From Halarcobacter sp. (GTDB taxonomy: Bacteria > Campylobacterota > Campylobacteria > Campylobacterales > Arcobacteraceae), in the NCBI GenBank assembly GCA_048571215.1, contig CP182352.1:544001-608000 (forward strand): 64,000 bases of DNA. The letters are read 5' to 3'. The notes under the pieces are model-generated. The model was not told where the DNA came from, did not search any database, and saw nothing but the letters and a program-made list of their open reading frames with translations. Below, one piece after another: positions 39,805 to 50,937 of this stretch (position 1 is the stretch's first letter; every line of letters starts with the position of its first letter). The position numbers were made by a program, and so were the translations under genes.

Positions 39805-42177
39805 ATGGATAATTTTAAATGGATATTACTATATTGTCTTATATTTAATATATCATTATTTTCAAAAGATATCTCTTTTACAAAAGAGGAACAAGAGTTT
39901 ATAAAAAATAATCCTATTATTACATTTAGTGATGTAAAATGGGAGCCTTTTGCAAAAATTGAAAATGGTAAATATAGTGGTATATTTAAAGAGTATTATT
40001 CTATTTTAGAAAAGAAAACAGGACTAAAATTTAATTTTATTAAAATTGGTAATGGGGTCAATTTTCAATTAGTCTTAGATGCTTTAAAAAATAAACGTAT
40101 AGATATGATTGATGGGAGTGGTAAAACACTAGATAGAAAAAGTTATGCATTTTTTTCAAAACCTTTGATGCGAGTAAATTTTTCTATTGTTAGTAAATCT
40201 ACTAATAGAATAGATAGCTTACAAAAACTAAAAAAATCAAAAATTGTAGTGGCAAAAGGTAGTACAGCTTCAGAATATTTAAAAGAAAAATTTCCAAAAA
40301 AAGAGTTTATTTTTACGGATGGTATAGAGGATGGTTTAAATTTAGTATCAACAAATAAAGCTGATGCTTTAGTTGATAATATAGTTGTATTAGATCATAT
40401 CCTTGAAAATAAATTTTCTTCTTCTATTTTGCATATTGATATAATAGAAGAAGAAAACTTTGATATCTATGCATTAGTAAGAGATGATTACCCTTTATTA
40501 AAATCAATTTTAGACAAAGCTATACTTTCAATTTCATATGAAGAGTTATTATCTATAAATAATAAACTTTTATTAGCAACTATAAATAATTCGAAAAAGA
40601 TTACTAAACTTCCTTATTCAAAAAAAGAGTTAGAATATTTATCAAATAGAGACAGTATAACTATGTGTATTGATCCAAATGGAATGCCATATGATGGTAT
40701 AAAAAATAAGAGCCAAATAGGAATAAATAAAGATTTTATTAAAATGATTGAAAATGATATAAATAAAAAGATAAGATTAGTTCCTACAAAAACTTGGAGT
40801 GATTCTTTGAACTATTTTAAAGCTGGAAAATGTGAAATTATCTCCTTGATTGCAGCTACAAAATTGAGAAATAAGTATATGAATTTTACATCACCATATT
40901 TAGATAGTTCCATTACTTTAGCTACTAGAAGTGGTTCTCCATCTATTGTAAATATAAGTTCTTTAGAAAATAAAAAAATTGCAATTGTAAAAAATTATGC
41001 TACATATGATATTGTAAAAGAGATTTATCCAAATTTAAAAATAGTAGAAGTAGAAACTTTAAATGATGGACTAATAAAAATAAAAGATGGTAATGTTTTT
41101 GGAGTTATAGATAGTTTAGTAAGTATTAATTATCACTTACAAAAGTCCTTCTTTAGTGATATAAAAATTAATGCAATTTTAGATAAGAAGTTAAATCTAT
41201 CTTTTGGAGTTAATAAAAAAGATAAACTACTTTTTTCGATTCTTGAAAAGGCAGTATTGGGCATAAAAGAAAGAGATAAACAAGTTATAATGAATCAATG
41301 GTTTAATAAAGATTATAAAAAAGAGGTTTATTCTGAAATATTTTGGAAAATTTTAGCTATATTATTTTTATTATTACTTTTTTTGTTATATAGACATTAT
41401 GAAACAAGAAGAGTAAATATAGATTTGAAAATCAAAGTTGATAAAGAGCTAAAAAAATCAAGAGAGAAAGATGAAATTATATTTCATCAGAATAAAATGG
41501 TATCCATGGGGCAAATGTTGGAAAATATTGCGCATCAATGGAGACAACCACTATCACAAATTAACTCTTCGGTTTTAGTTATTGATCAAGCTTTAAAAAC
41601 AAATAATATTAAAAATAAAATGATTAATAAAAAATTAGATGAGATTGAATCTATGACAAATTATATGTCAAATACAATTGATGACTTTAAAAGTTTTATA
41701 AAAAGAAATGAGAATAGTGTAGAGTTTAATTTACTTGATAGTATAAAAAGGAGTATTAATATAGTTGAGGGTGCGTATACCCATAGTGGCATAGAACTTG
41801 AACTTGAAGCACCAAATAATATATACTTACATGGTTATCCAAATGATATACAACAGGCATTGATTGTTATTTTAAATAATGCTAGAGATGCTGTCTTAGG
41901 AGATAAAATTGAAAAACCAAAAGTTACAATTATGGTGAAAAAAGATACAGACTTTGTATATATATATATTGAGGATAATGCAAAAGGTATAAAAAAAGAG
42001 GTATTAGATAAGATATTTGAGCCTTATTTCACAACTAAACCTCAAACAAAAGGGAGTGGTCTAGGTTTATATTTATCGAAAAAAATTATAGAAGAAAGTA
42101 TGCAAGGAGACTTGCAAGCAAATAATACTAATTTTGGTGCACAATTTATAATAAAACTAAGGAATAAAATTGAATAA
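39805..42177 (+). CDS. Sensor histidine kinase with two periplasmic SBP-family-3-like domains
   Basis: IAHQWRQPL H-box, NNARDA N-box, FEPYFTTK, GSGLGL; TM before the kinase core. Confidence 0.9.
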   Translation: MDNFKWILLYCLIFNISLFSKDISFTKEEQEFIKNNPIITFSDVKWEPFAKIENGKYSGIFKEYYSILEKKTGLKFNFIKIGNGVNFQLVLDALKNKRIDMIDGSGKTLDRKSYAFFSKPLMRVNFSIVSKSTNRIDSLQKLKKSKIVVAKGSTASEYLKEKFPKKEFIFTDGIEDGLNLVSTNKADALVDNIVVLDHILENKFSSSILHIDIIEEENFDIYALVRDDYPLLKSILDKAILSISYEELLSINNKLLLATINNSKKITKLPYSKKELEYLSNRDSITMCIDPNGMPYDGIKNKSQIGINKDFIKMIENDINKKIRLVPTKTWSDSLNYFKAGKCEIISLIAATKLRNKYMNFTSPYLDSSITLATRSGSPSIVNISSLENKKIAIVKNYATYDIVKEIYPNLKIVEVETLNDGLIKIKDGNVFGVIDSLVSINYHLQKSFFSDIKINAILDKKLNLSFGVNKKDKLLFSILEKAVLGIKERDKQVIMNQWFNKDYKKEVYSEIFWKILAILFLLLLFLLYRHYETRRVNIDLKIKVDKELKKSREKDEIIFHQNKMVSMGQMLENIAHQWRQPLSQINSSVLVIDQALKTNNIKNKMINKKLDEIESMTNYMSNTIDDFKSFIKRNENSVEFNLLDSIKRSINIVEGAYTHSGIELELEAPNNIYLHGYPNDIQQALIVILNNARDAVLGDKIEKPKVTIMVKKDTDFVYIYIEDNAKGIKKEVLDKIFEPYFTTKPQTKGSGLGLYLSKKIIEESMQGDLQANNTNFGAQFIIKLRNKIE

Positions 42178-42862
42178 GATAAATAAATTGCCTTATACAA
42201 TATTATTTGTTGAAGATGAAGATATAATAAGAGAAAATTATAGTTTATTTTTAGAACAAAATTTCACTAAAGTAATAACTGCTTGTGATGGTTTAGAAGC
42301 ATATGAATCTTATGTAAAACATAATCCAGATATTTTAATTTTAGATATAAATATTCCTAAAATTAATGGTCTGGATGTTTTGAAAAAAATAAGAAAAGAT
42401 GATTTTAATACTAAGGTGATAATCCTAACTGCCCATACAGATGTGTTATATTTGCTTGAGGCTTCAGAGTTAAAATTAAGTAAATATCTTGTAAAACCAA
42501 TAACAAGAAAAAAATTGCAAGAGAGTTTAGACTCAGTAATAGATGAGATGTCTAAATATAAAGTTATAAATATACACAAAATAACAATTAACAAAGAGTT
42601 TTATTGGGATAAGAAGAATAGTGAATTAGTAAAAAATAATAAAATTGTAGATTTAACTGTTCAAGAAAAAAGATTGTTAGAACTTTTTTTTGAAAATATA
42701 AATGTTTCACTTAATTATGAAACTATTATTTGTACTATTTGGTATGATTCTGAATATTACAAAATAGATTCTTTAAAAACAGCAATAAAAAATTTAAGAA
42801 GAAAATTACCTAAGGGCTTGATCCAAAACATATATTCCTTTGGGTATAAATTGGTACTCTAA
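42170..42862 (+). CDS. OmpR-type response regulator
   Basis: ILFVEDE, ILDINIP phospho-Asp, YLVKP, winged-helix NLRRKL...GYKL. Confidence 0.9.
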   Translation: MNKINKLPYTILFVEDEDIIRENYSLFLEQNFTKVITACDGLEAYESYVKHNPDILILDINIPKINGLDVLKKIRKDDFNTKVIILTAHTDVLYLLEASELKLSKYLVKPITRKKLQESLDSVIDEMSKYKVINIHKITINKEFYWDKKNSELVKNNKIVDLTVQEKRLLELFFENINVSLNYETIICTIWYDSEYYKIDSLKTAIKNLRRKLPKGLIQNIYSFGYKLVL

Positions 42863-42982
42863 CCTTAAAGTTAGATTAAAATTGTTTAAATAACAAAAAA
42901 CTGTGATAAACTCACTTTTCCCTTACTTTTATAAGTTATAATAATAGTTATAAAATTATTATCAAGTTAAAATGGAGTTGCA

Positions 42983-44923
42983 GTGAAAAAATCTTTATTA
43001 TCGAAAAGTGTATTAGGTTGTTGTTTACTTTTAAGTCAAGCAATAAGTGCAGAAAACTATAAAAAAGTTGTTTTAGCTAGTTTTTTAATAAAAGATGAGG
43101 CTCAAGCTAAATATGATTTATTGATAGATGATATTAATAAAAAAATAGTTAAAGAGAAGGAAAAATATCCTTTTAATGTAGTAGTTAGAGAATCAGGAGC
43201 ACATTATATAATTGCAGCTGAACCTTTTAAATATGTAAAAGAAGCAAAAGAGGTTTTAAACGAATTAGAAACTTTATTTCCTACTGCTTATATCAATAAT
43301 AATGCTGAAACATTTGATGAAAACTCTTCTTCAAATACTATGGCTAAAGAAGAGAAAAAACTTGTAGTTGATAATAAAGTAGATAAAAAATTAGATCTAG
43401 TAGAAGATAAAAATAAATCTTTAAAGAATGAAACTGAAACGGAAAAAGAAGTTCCTGTTGATAATATAGATAAATATACTTTATATGATATAGTTAAAGA
43501 GATTATAACTACAGACCCAGAGATAAAAGCTAGAGTTTATCAATATAATGCAATTATGGAAGATATAAATATCTCAAAAGCTGGATACTATCCAAGTTTG
43601 GATTTATATGGTAAAGTTGGAAAGAAAAGTGTTAAGAAAGATAATACTGCAAAAGATGATTTTGATCATTCAGAAGTTACACTAAAATTAGTTCAAAATA
43701 TTTTTAATGGTTTTGGTACACAAGCAGCAGTTAACAGAGATGAAGCTAGGGCAAAAGCTGCATTTAATAAATTTAAAGAGGTTAGCCAAGATAAAATTTA
43801 TAGAGCAGTTGAAGCATATCTAAAAGTGTTAAGATATAGTGAAGTTTTAGAAATTGCAAAAGATAATGTAAAGGTTCATGAAGAAACATTACTAAAAATT
43901 CAAGATAGATATGAAAAAGGTTTTAGTACATTAAGTGAAGTTGAAAGGGTAAAGGGTAGACTTTCTCTTGCAAGATCAAACTATATTTCAGAAACAAATA
44001 ATTTATATGATGCCAAATTTAATCTACATAAAGCTTTAGGTAGACAAGTTGATGAAAAAGCTTTAATAAGACCAGAATTTAAAGCAAAATTACCTAAAAC
44101 TTTAGAACAAGCAATAGATATAGCTATACATAATAATCCATCTATTAAAGTGGCTAATGAAGATATAAATGTTGCAAAAGAGGCATTAAATTTTACAAAA
44201 AGAAACGACTATCCAACTTTAGACTTAGAACTTGCTGCTTCAAGATATAATAATTTAACAAGTAGTGCAGAAGGTAGAGAAGATGATAAAAGTGCAATGC
44301 TTGTGTTAAATTATAGTTTATATAATGGTGGTGCAGATAGTTCACAAAAACAAAAATATATAAGTTTATTAAATTATGAATATGAGAATAAAAATAAATT
44401 AAAAAGAGATGTCGTAGAATCACTTGGTTTATCTTGGGATGCATATAAGATGATAAGTAAACAATATAAATATCAAGTTGAATATAGAGATTTAACTATA
44501 AAAACAAAAAATGCATATAATGAAGAGTTTCAATTAGGAAGAAGAACACTAATTGATCTTCTAGATGTACAAGATGAAGTTAATCATATCAAAATCAATG
44601 TTATTCATAGTACTTATGATTTACTTTTTTCAAAATTTAGAATTTTAGATGCAATGGGAGACTTGGTTAGTTATTTTAAACAAGATTTCAAAGAAGATTA
44701 TAAAAAAGACACTATTAGAATATATCCAGATCAAGATGGAGATGGAATAATAGATTGTGAAGATCAATGTGATAACTCATTATCAACAACAACAAATTTT
44801 TATGGATGTGAAGATATAAATTGTATTGAGGTTGATAAGGTTGAATTTAATTCAAAATTAGAAAATAAACAATCAGAAGTTAATAAAAAAGAAGTAGAAA
44901 GTTTATGGGGGATAAATCAATAG
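42983..44923 (+). CDS. TolC/LapE-like outer-membrane protein with extra N-terminal (SPOR-like) and C-terminal Ca-binding segments
   Basis: AGYYPSLDL, EEFQLGRRTLIDLLD TolC motifs; ~150-aa N-terminal extension; C-terminal DQDGDGIIDCEDQC. Confidence 0.88.
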   Translation: MKKSLLSKSVLGCCLLLSQAISAENYKKVVLASFLIKDEAQAKYDLLIDDINKKIVKEKEKYPFNVVVRESGAHYIIAAEPFKYVKEAKEVLNELETLFPTAYINNNAETFDENSSSNTMAKEEKKLVVDNKVDKKLDLVEDKNKSLKNETETEKEVPVDNIDKYTLYDIVKEIITTDPEIKARVYQYNAIMEDINISKAGYYPSLDLYGKVGKKSVKKDNTAKDDFDHSEVTLKLVQNIFNGFGTQAAVNRDEARAKAAFNKFKEVSQDKIYRAVEAYLKVLRYSEVLEIAKDNVKVHEETLLKIQDRYEKGFSTLSEVERVKGRLSLARSNYISETNNLYDAKFNLHKALGRQVDEKALIRPEFKAKLPKTLEQAIDIAIHNNPSIKVANEDINVAKEALNFTKRNDYPTLDLELAASRYNNLTSSAEGREDDKSAMLVLNYSLYNGGADSSQKQKYISLLNYEYENKNKLKRDVVESLGLSWDAYKMISKQYKYQVEYRDLTIKTKNAYNEEFQLGRRTLIDLLDVQDEVNHIKINVIHSTYDLLFSKFRILDAMGDLVSYFKQDFKEDYKKDTIRIYPDQDGDGIIDCEDQCDNSLSTTTNFYGCEDINCIEVDKVEFNSKLENKQSEVNKKEVESLWGINQ

Positions 44924-44933
44924 GTTAAAGTAG

Positions 44934-45572
44934 ATGAATAAATTTTATACTAATATTGTATTAATATTTTTTTTATTAAGTACAGTACTGCCATCAAAAG
45001 AGCTTTACACTGATAGTTTAATAAGAAAAATAGATGCCAAATATGGTAAATATACAGCAAACCGATTTATCTATTTAAAGAAAAAAATTGCAAAAATAAA
45101 AAATGATGATGATCTAAGAAAATTAAAAGCAATAAATGATTTTTTTAATAAAGTAAAATATTCATCTGATAAAAAAATTTGGAATAAAAAAGATTATTGG
45201 GCAACACCTTTTGAGTTATTAGTTAAAGATAAAGGTGATAGTGAAGATTTTGTTTTTGCAAAATATTTCACTTTGGTAAATGATTTAAAAATGGATGAAG
45301 ATAAGTTTTTATTTACTTATGTAAAGTTAAAAAATAAAAATATTTCATATATGGTATTAACATATTATGAGACTAAAAAATCAATACCTTATATTTTGGA
45401 TTCAATAAACTATAAAGTTCTTCCAGCAACCAAAAGACCAGATATAATTCCTATTTATAGTTTTAGTGCAAAGAGTGCTGGTCTAAATCTGGATAAAAAA
45501 AATAAGTTTAAAGCAACTCAAAGTTTGAAGTTTAGAGTATTGTTAAGAAACATCAATGGGGAAAAGATATGA
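44934..45572 (+). CDS. lapG: LapG-like transglutaminase-like cysteine peptidase (C93) with degenerate catalytic residues
   Basis: DYWATPFE...GDSEDFVFAKY...SYMVLTYY...ILDS; canonical motifs are GDCED and HMVL. Confidence 0.8.
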   Translation: MNKFYTNIVLIFFLLSTVLPSKELYTDSLIRKIDAKYGKYTANRFIYLKKKIAKIKNDDDLRKLKAINDFFNKVKYSSDKKIWNKKDYWATPFELLVKDKGDSEDFVFAKYFTLVNDLKMDEDKFLFTYVKLKNKNISYMVLTYYETKKSIPYILDSINYKVLPATKRPDIIPIYSFSAKSAGLNLDKKNKFKATQSLKFRVLLRNINGEKI

Positions 45573-47491
45573 GTTTATATAGACAAATAATGGGACTAAT
45601 TACAGTTTTTTTGTTGATAACAATGGGTGTGGTATTGTGGTTTGTTTTAAACTACAATAAAGAGTCATTGGAGGAACAATTAGGTTCAAATGCAAAAAAT
45701 AGTGCAAATTTTTTAGGTTTATCTATTAGTAAAAATGTTGACATTGATGATATCGCAACTATTGATGGTATGATATCTTCTGTTGTAGATAATGGGTTTT
45801 ATGAATATATAACACTTTATGATAATGATGAAAATATAATAATAAAAAAAGAATCTCCTAAGCAAGGGATTGATGTTCCTAGTTGGTTCACTGATTTAGT
45901 TAATATCGATGCTCTTCAATCTAGCTCAAATATAATGAATGGTTGGTCAAAGAAAGGTATTCTAGAAGTAAAAGTTGATCAAGACTTTGCAAACAATCAA
46001 ATGTGGTTGACATTTTTATCTTTGGTGAAAATTTTTATAATTGCCTTTGTAGTTTTATGGATATTTTTATATCTATTTTTAAGTAACTTATTAAAGCCTT
46101 TAAAGAAGTTAAGCTTACAAGCAAAAGCAATAGATAATAATGAATTTATTATAGAAAAAAAACTTCCAAATACAATTGAGTTTAAAAATGTTGTATTAGC
46201 AATGAATAAAACTATTAATAAAATGGAAAATATTTTTAACAAAGAGGTGGAAACTTTAAATAAATACAATGAGTTATTGTATAAGGATAAGGATACAAAT
46301 TTAGGAAATAAAAACTACCTTTTATTGAAACTAAATTTATATCTAAAAAACTCTCATGGAGTTTTAGTATTTATAGAGATTAAAGATGAAGTATCTTTTA
46401 AGAAAAAAGTTGGATTTAAAAACTATATGGCTTTAAAAAGATATATAATTGATTTAGTTAGTGAGGCTTTTCAAGGAAGAGATTTTGTTTTTTCAAAACT
46501 TGATGATGGAGTATTAGCTTTACTTTTGCCAAATAAACACTATGAAGATATTGAAGAAAAACTTGTAGAGATAGAGAAAAACATTGCAAAATATATTGAA
46601 GAGAATTCGATAAAAGAGTTGTTTGATATAAAATATGCAATTGGTGCTTCAAACTATAACCAAAATAGTTCAGTATCAGAAATCTTATCAAAAACAGATC
46701 AAGCCTTATTAAAAGCAATGAAAGATGAAAAAAGCAATATCAGCTATTTAGAAGAGAATGTTATTTTTACAAAGCAAGGCTGGATTGAATTACTAGAGTG
46801 GGCATTTGCAAATGGTGGAATTAATTTTATTAAGCAAAAGATTATTAATACAAATGAGAAAAAAGTTTCACTTCATGAATATTTTGTTAGATTAATAGAT
46901 AAAGATGGTATAGTTTATGCCCCAGGAGATTTTTTATCGATTGTAGATAGTATGGGGTGGATGCCTAAGTTAGAAAAAAATGTATTTTTGAAGATTTTTA
47001 ATGAAGTTTATGAAGGTGTAGAAGGTGGAAAGTTTGCAATAAATATTTCACTAGATTTTATAAAAAACAAAAAAAACATAGATTGGTTAGTTGATGAATT
47101 GAATAGTAAATTTAGCAATAGTAACAAAATCTTTTATTTTGAATGTTTAAATGCAGATATAATATCTAATATAGATAGTTATAGTTATTTTGCTAATAAA
47201 ATAAATACTACAAAACATAAAATTGCAATTGAAAGTTTCACTTTTGACAATGAAGATTTACAATATCTAAAAATAATTAAACCAGCATATATAAAGATTT
47301 CTAAATCATATTTAGTAGGAGAAAGCAATAGTTGTGGTACATTAGTTAATATATCATCAACTATTGGTGCCTTTGTTATTGCAAAACATGTTGAAACAGA
47401 AAAAGAATATGAAAGTTTAATCAATAATGGTATCTCATATCTTCAAGGTAAATTTATAGATAAAGAGTTTAAAACAATAGATGAAAAATAA
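45569..47491 (+). CDS. lapD: LapD/MoxY-like c-di-GMP receptor (periplasmic domain, HAMP, degenerate GGDEF, EAL-like)
   Basis: MSLYRQ N-terminus, two TMs, VPSWF loop, LLKPLKKL HAMP, no GGDEF motif, EAL-like tail (KPAYIKI, HVETE). Confidence 0.85.
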   Translation: MSLYRQIMGLITVFLLITMGVVLWFVLNYNKESLEEQLGSNAKNSANFLGLSISKNVDIDDIATIDGMISSVVDNGFYEYITLYDNDENIIIKKESPKQGIDVPSWFTDLVNIDALQSSSNIMNGWSKKGILEVKVDQDFANNQMWLTFLSLVKIFIIAFVVLWIFLYLFLSNLLKPLKKLSLQAKAIDNNEFIIEKKLPNTIEFKNVVLAMNKTINKMENIFNKEVETLNKYNELLYKDKDTNLGNKNYLLLKLNLYLKNSHGVLVFIEIKDEVSFKKKVGFKNYMALKRYIIDLVSEAFQGRDFVFSKLDDGVLALLLPNKHYEDIEEKLVEIEKNIAKYIEENSIKELFDIKYAIGASNYNQNSSVSEILSKTDQALLKAMKDEKSNISYLEENVIFTKQGWIELLEWAFANGGINFIKQKIINTNEKKVSLHEYFVRLIDKDGIVYAPGDFLSIVDSMGWMPKLEKNVFLKIFNEVYEGVEGGKFAINISLDFIKNKKNIDWLVDELNSKFSNSNKIFYFECLNADIISNIDSYSYFANKINTTKHKIAIESFTFDNEDLQYLKIIKPAYIKISKSYLVGESNSCGTLVNISSTIGAFVIAKHVETEKEYESLINNGISYLQGKFIDKEFKTIDEK

Positions 47492-49631
47492 TGATAATTT
47501 ACTATCAAAGTCTTTATTTGATAACTTATTATATTTTGTAAAACACTATCATAAGAGTATTAGTGCAAATACACTATTGGAAGGTTTTCCATTAAAAGAT
47601 AATGAACAAATACCTAATATGTTATCTTTTTATAATGGGGAGCCAGTTTTTGTTTTGGTAGCTAAAAAAGCTGGTTTTAAATCAAAATTAAGTTTAAAAA
47701 AATTTGAAGAGATAAATTCTTTATTGCTTCCTGCAATTCTAATATTAAATGATAATAGTAGTTGTATATTAGAAGATATTAATTATAAAACAAATAAGGC
47801 AATAATACTCCATAATGAATTAGAACAAACCCATGAAGAGATAGATATAGATAAGCTAAAAAATTTATATTCTGGGAAAATGTTTTTACTAAAAAAAGAG
47901 TATTTTGAAAAAGAGGATAGGGATAAGCTTCTTGATAGTGTAGATAAACATTGGTTTTGGGGAACAATAAAAGATAATATAAATATATATAGAGATGTAA
48001 TTATAAGTTCAATCTTGATTAATATATTTGTGTTAGCTACACCATTTTTTGTTATGAATATATATGATAGGGTTGTTCCAAATTATGCAATTGAAACTTT
48101 GTGGGCACTTAGTATTGGTATTGGTATTATCTATTTATTTGATTTTGTTACCAAGTTTATTAGAGCCTATTATATTGATTTGGCATCAAAAAAGATTGAT
48201 ATTATTATCTCTTCAAAACTTTTTGATAAAATACTAAATATAAAACTTATACATAGACCTAAATCAATTGGAGCTTTTGCAAACAATATCAAAGATTTTG
48301 AATTGATAAAAAACTTTTTTTCAAGTTCTACTGTTGCAGTTTTAGTTGACCTTCCTTTTTCAATACTATTTTTAATTGCAATACTTTATATATCAGGTCT
48401 TATAGTAATTGTACCTATAATATTTATATTTCTTATTTTGTTGTATTCGTTTTTTTTAAGAAAACCTCTTCAAAAGAGTATAGAAGTAGCAAATCATTCC
48501 ATAGCTCAAAAGAATGGTATTTTAATAGAGAGTTTAAATGCCTTGGAAACAATAAAAAGTTTAGGTTCTACAGGGCATCTTAGATGGAAGTGGGAAGAGA
48601 GTACTGCTGATATATCTAAAAAATCTATACTAACTAAAATATTAACTACTTCAATAGCAAATGTAAATGGTTTTTTTGTACAGATAAATACAATTTGTGT
48701 TGTAATATTTGGTGTTTATGCTATTGCTGATAAAAGTCTATCTTTAGGTGGATTAATAGCTGCTGTAATTTTATCTTCGAGGGCAATTGTTCCTATGGGA
48801 CAATTTGCCTCTTTATTAAGTAACTATGAACAAGCAAGTACTTCATATAAAATGTTAGAAAATATAATGAATATTCCAGAAGAGAGAGAAAAAAATAAAT
48901 CAGCTATACATAAAGAGTTGATTCAAGGAAATATTGAATTTAAAGATGTTTATTTTGATTATGGTGCAGACAAAAAAGTTTTACAAAAAGTTTCATTTAA
49001 AATAAATCATGGTGATAAGGTTGCAATTATAGGGAAAATTGGTTCTGGTAAATCAACAATTTTAAAATTAATAATGAAATTATTTGAATCAAGTGAAGGA
49101 GAGATTATAGTTGATGGTATTGAAATAAATCAAATAGAACCATCAGATATAAGGAAAAATTTTGCATACGTTTCTCAAGATACTATTCTTTTAAATGGTA
49201 CTTTAAAAGAGAATATATTATATAAACATCCATATGAAAGTGATGAAACACTAATTAAAGCTGCAACGATAACTCAGTTACTTGATTATGTAAATTCACA
49301 TCCTCGTGGTTTTGATATGGAAGTTGGAGAAAGAGGTGATACACTTTCAGGAGGACAAAAAAAAGCCATCTCCTTAGCAAGAGCATTAGTAGGTGAGTAT
49401 ACTACGCTTCTGTTAGATGAACCAACTGATAGTATGGATAGTAATACGGAGAAAAATTTAATAAAAACATTAAAAGATGAATTAGAAAATAAAACAGTAT
49501 TATTGGTAACTCACAAACACACAATGTTAGACTTAGTAAATAAAATAATAGTTGTTGATAATGGCAAAATAGTCCTAGCAGGTGAAAAACAATATGTTTT
49601 AGATAGTTTGTCAAAGGGAATAAATGCATAA
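47481..49631 (+). CDS. T1SS ABC permease/ATPase (LapB-like)
   Basis: HWFWG, MNIYDRVVPN, GKIGSGKST, LSGGQK, LLLDEPT. Confidence 0.92.
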   Translation: MKNNDNLLSKSLFDNLLYFVKHYHKSISANTLLEGFPLKDNEQIPNMLSFYNGEPVFVLVAKKAGFKSKLSLKKFEEINSLLLPAILILNDNSSCILEDINYKTNKAIILHNELEQTHEEIDIDKLKNLYSGKMFLLKKEYFEKEDRDKLLDSVDKHWFWGTIKDNINIYRDVIISSILINIFVLATPFFVMNIYDRVVPNYAIETLWALSIGIGIIYLFDFVTKFIRAYYIDLASKKIDIIISSKLFDKILNIKLIHRPKSIGAFANNIKDFELIKNFFSSSTVAVLVDLPFSILFLIAILYISGLIVIVPIIFIFLILLYSFFLRKPLQKSIEVANHSIAQKNGILIESLNALETIKSLGSTGHLRWKWEESTADISKKSILTKILTTSIANVNGFFVQINTICVVIFGVYAIADKSLSLGGLIAAVILSSRAIVPMGQFASLLSNYEQASTSYKMLENIMNIPEEREKNKSAIHKELIQGNIEFKDVYFDYGADKKVLQKVSFKINHGDKVAIIGKIGSGKSTILKLIMKLFESSEGEIIVDGIEINQIEPSDIRKNFAYVSQDTILLNGTLKENILYKHPYESDETLIKAATITQLLDYVNSHPRGFDMEVGERGDTLSGGQKKAISLARALVGEYTTLLLDEPTDSMDSNTEKNLIKTLKDELENKTVLLVTHKHTMLDLVNKIIVVDNGKIVLAGEKQYVLDSLSKGINA

Positions 49632-50937
49632 TTCAAAAAAAGAATCTTCTGATTATGAATATATTAATTCTGTTTCTCAGGCTTTAATAGATAATACTCC
49701 AAGTAGTACAAAAGTTATTTTATATATTATTGGATTATTAATTGTTGTTTTTTTTCTTTGGGCTTGGCTTACAAATGTAGATCAACTTGTAAGAGGGGAG
49801 TTTAAAGTAGTTCCTTATGGTCAAAATAAAATTATACAAAACTATGAAGGTGGTATAGTTTCAAAAATATATATAGAAGAGGGACAGCTTGTAAAAAAAG
49901 GTGATATTTTACTAAAACTTGAAAATAAACAATACTCTTCAACTTATGAAAAAAATGTTCTAGAAATAGATTCTTTAAAAGCAAAAAGAGATAGACTTTT
50001 TGCAGAAGCTAATGATAAAGAGTTTGTTATTAAAAAAAATAACGATTTATATGAAAAAGAGTACCAGTTATATAAAAGTGATAAAGATCAACTTCAATCA
50101 AAACTAAATGTTTTAGATGAACAAATTAATCAAAAACAAAAAGAGTATAATGAGATAAAGTCAAAAGTGTTTCATCTTAAACAAAACTTTGGTTTAATGA
50201 AACAAGAAAAAGATGTGATGGAACCTTTAGTAAAAAAAGGAATAGTTTCAAAGGTTGAATTTTTGCAATTATTAAGAGAAGCTACATCTTTAAAAGAGGA
50301 TTTAGAATCAACAAGGCTATCATTAAAAAGGATTAAATCATCAATAGATGAGTATAAAAACCGATATAAAGAAGCAAAGTTAGAGTTTCAAAATGAGGCA
50401 CATAAAGAGTATAGTGAGATTGTATCTAAAATTAAACAATTTAGCACACAAAACCAAGGATTAAAAGACCAAGTTAAAAGAACAGAAGTTATTTCTCCTG
50501 TGAATGGATATATTAAAAAGCTATACGTAAATACAATTGGTGGAAGTGTTAAACCGGGTATGGATTTATTAGAGATTGTCCCAAATGATAAAAAACTTTT
50601 ACTTGAAGCAAAAATAAAACCAGAAGATATTGCTTTTTTACATAATGAACAAAAAGTTACTTTGAAATTTACTGCATATGATTTTGCTATATATGGTTCT
50701 TTAAGTGGTCATATAGAAAAGATTGCACCTGATTCTGTAACTGATAAAGAGAATAAGACATATTATTTAGTATATATTAGAACTGATAAAAGTTATTTAG
50801 GTAATGAAAAAAAACCACTTACTATAATACCTGGTATGAGAGGAAGTGCAGATATAATTACTGGGAAAAGAAATATTTTAACATATTTATTAAAACCTAT
50901 TATAAAAACAAAACAATATGCATTTAGTGAGAAATAA
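49624..50937 (+). CDS. T1SS HlyD-family adaptor (LapC-like)
   Basis: TM, IQNYEGGIV, TIGGSVKPG, IIPGM...YLLKP. Confidence 0.92.
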   Translation: MHNSKKESSDYEYINSVSQALIDNTPSSTKVILYIIGLLIVVFFLWAWLTNVDQLVRGEFKVVPYGQNKIIQNYEGGIVSKIYIEEGQLVKKGDILLKLENKQYSSTYEKNVLEIDSLKAKRDRLFAEANDKEFVIKKNNDLYEKEYQLYKSDKDQLQSKLNVLDEQINQKQKEYNEIKSKVFHLKQNFGLMKQEKDVMEPLVKKGIVSKVEFLQLLREATSLKEDLESTRLSLKRIKSSIDEYKNRYKEAKLEFQNEAHKEYSEIVSKIKQFSTQNQGLKDQVKRTEVISPVNGYIKKLYVNTIGGSVKPGMDLLEIVPNDKKLLLEAKIKPEDIAFLHNEQKVTLKFTAYDFAIYGSLSGHIEKIAPDSVTDKENKTYYLVYIRTDKSYLGNEKKPLTIIPGMRGSADIITGKRNILTYLLKPIIKTKQYAFSEK

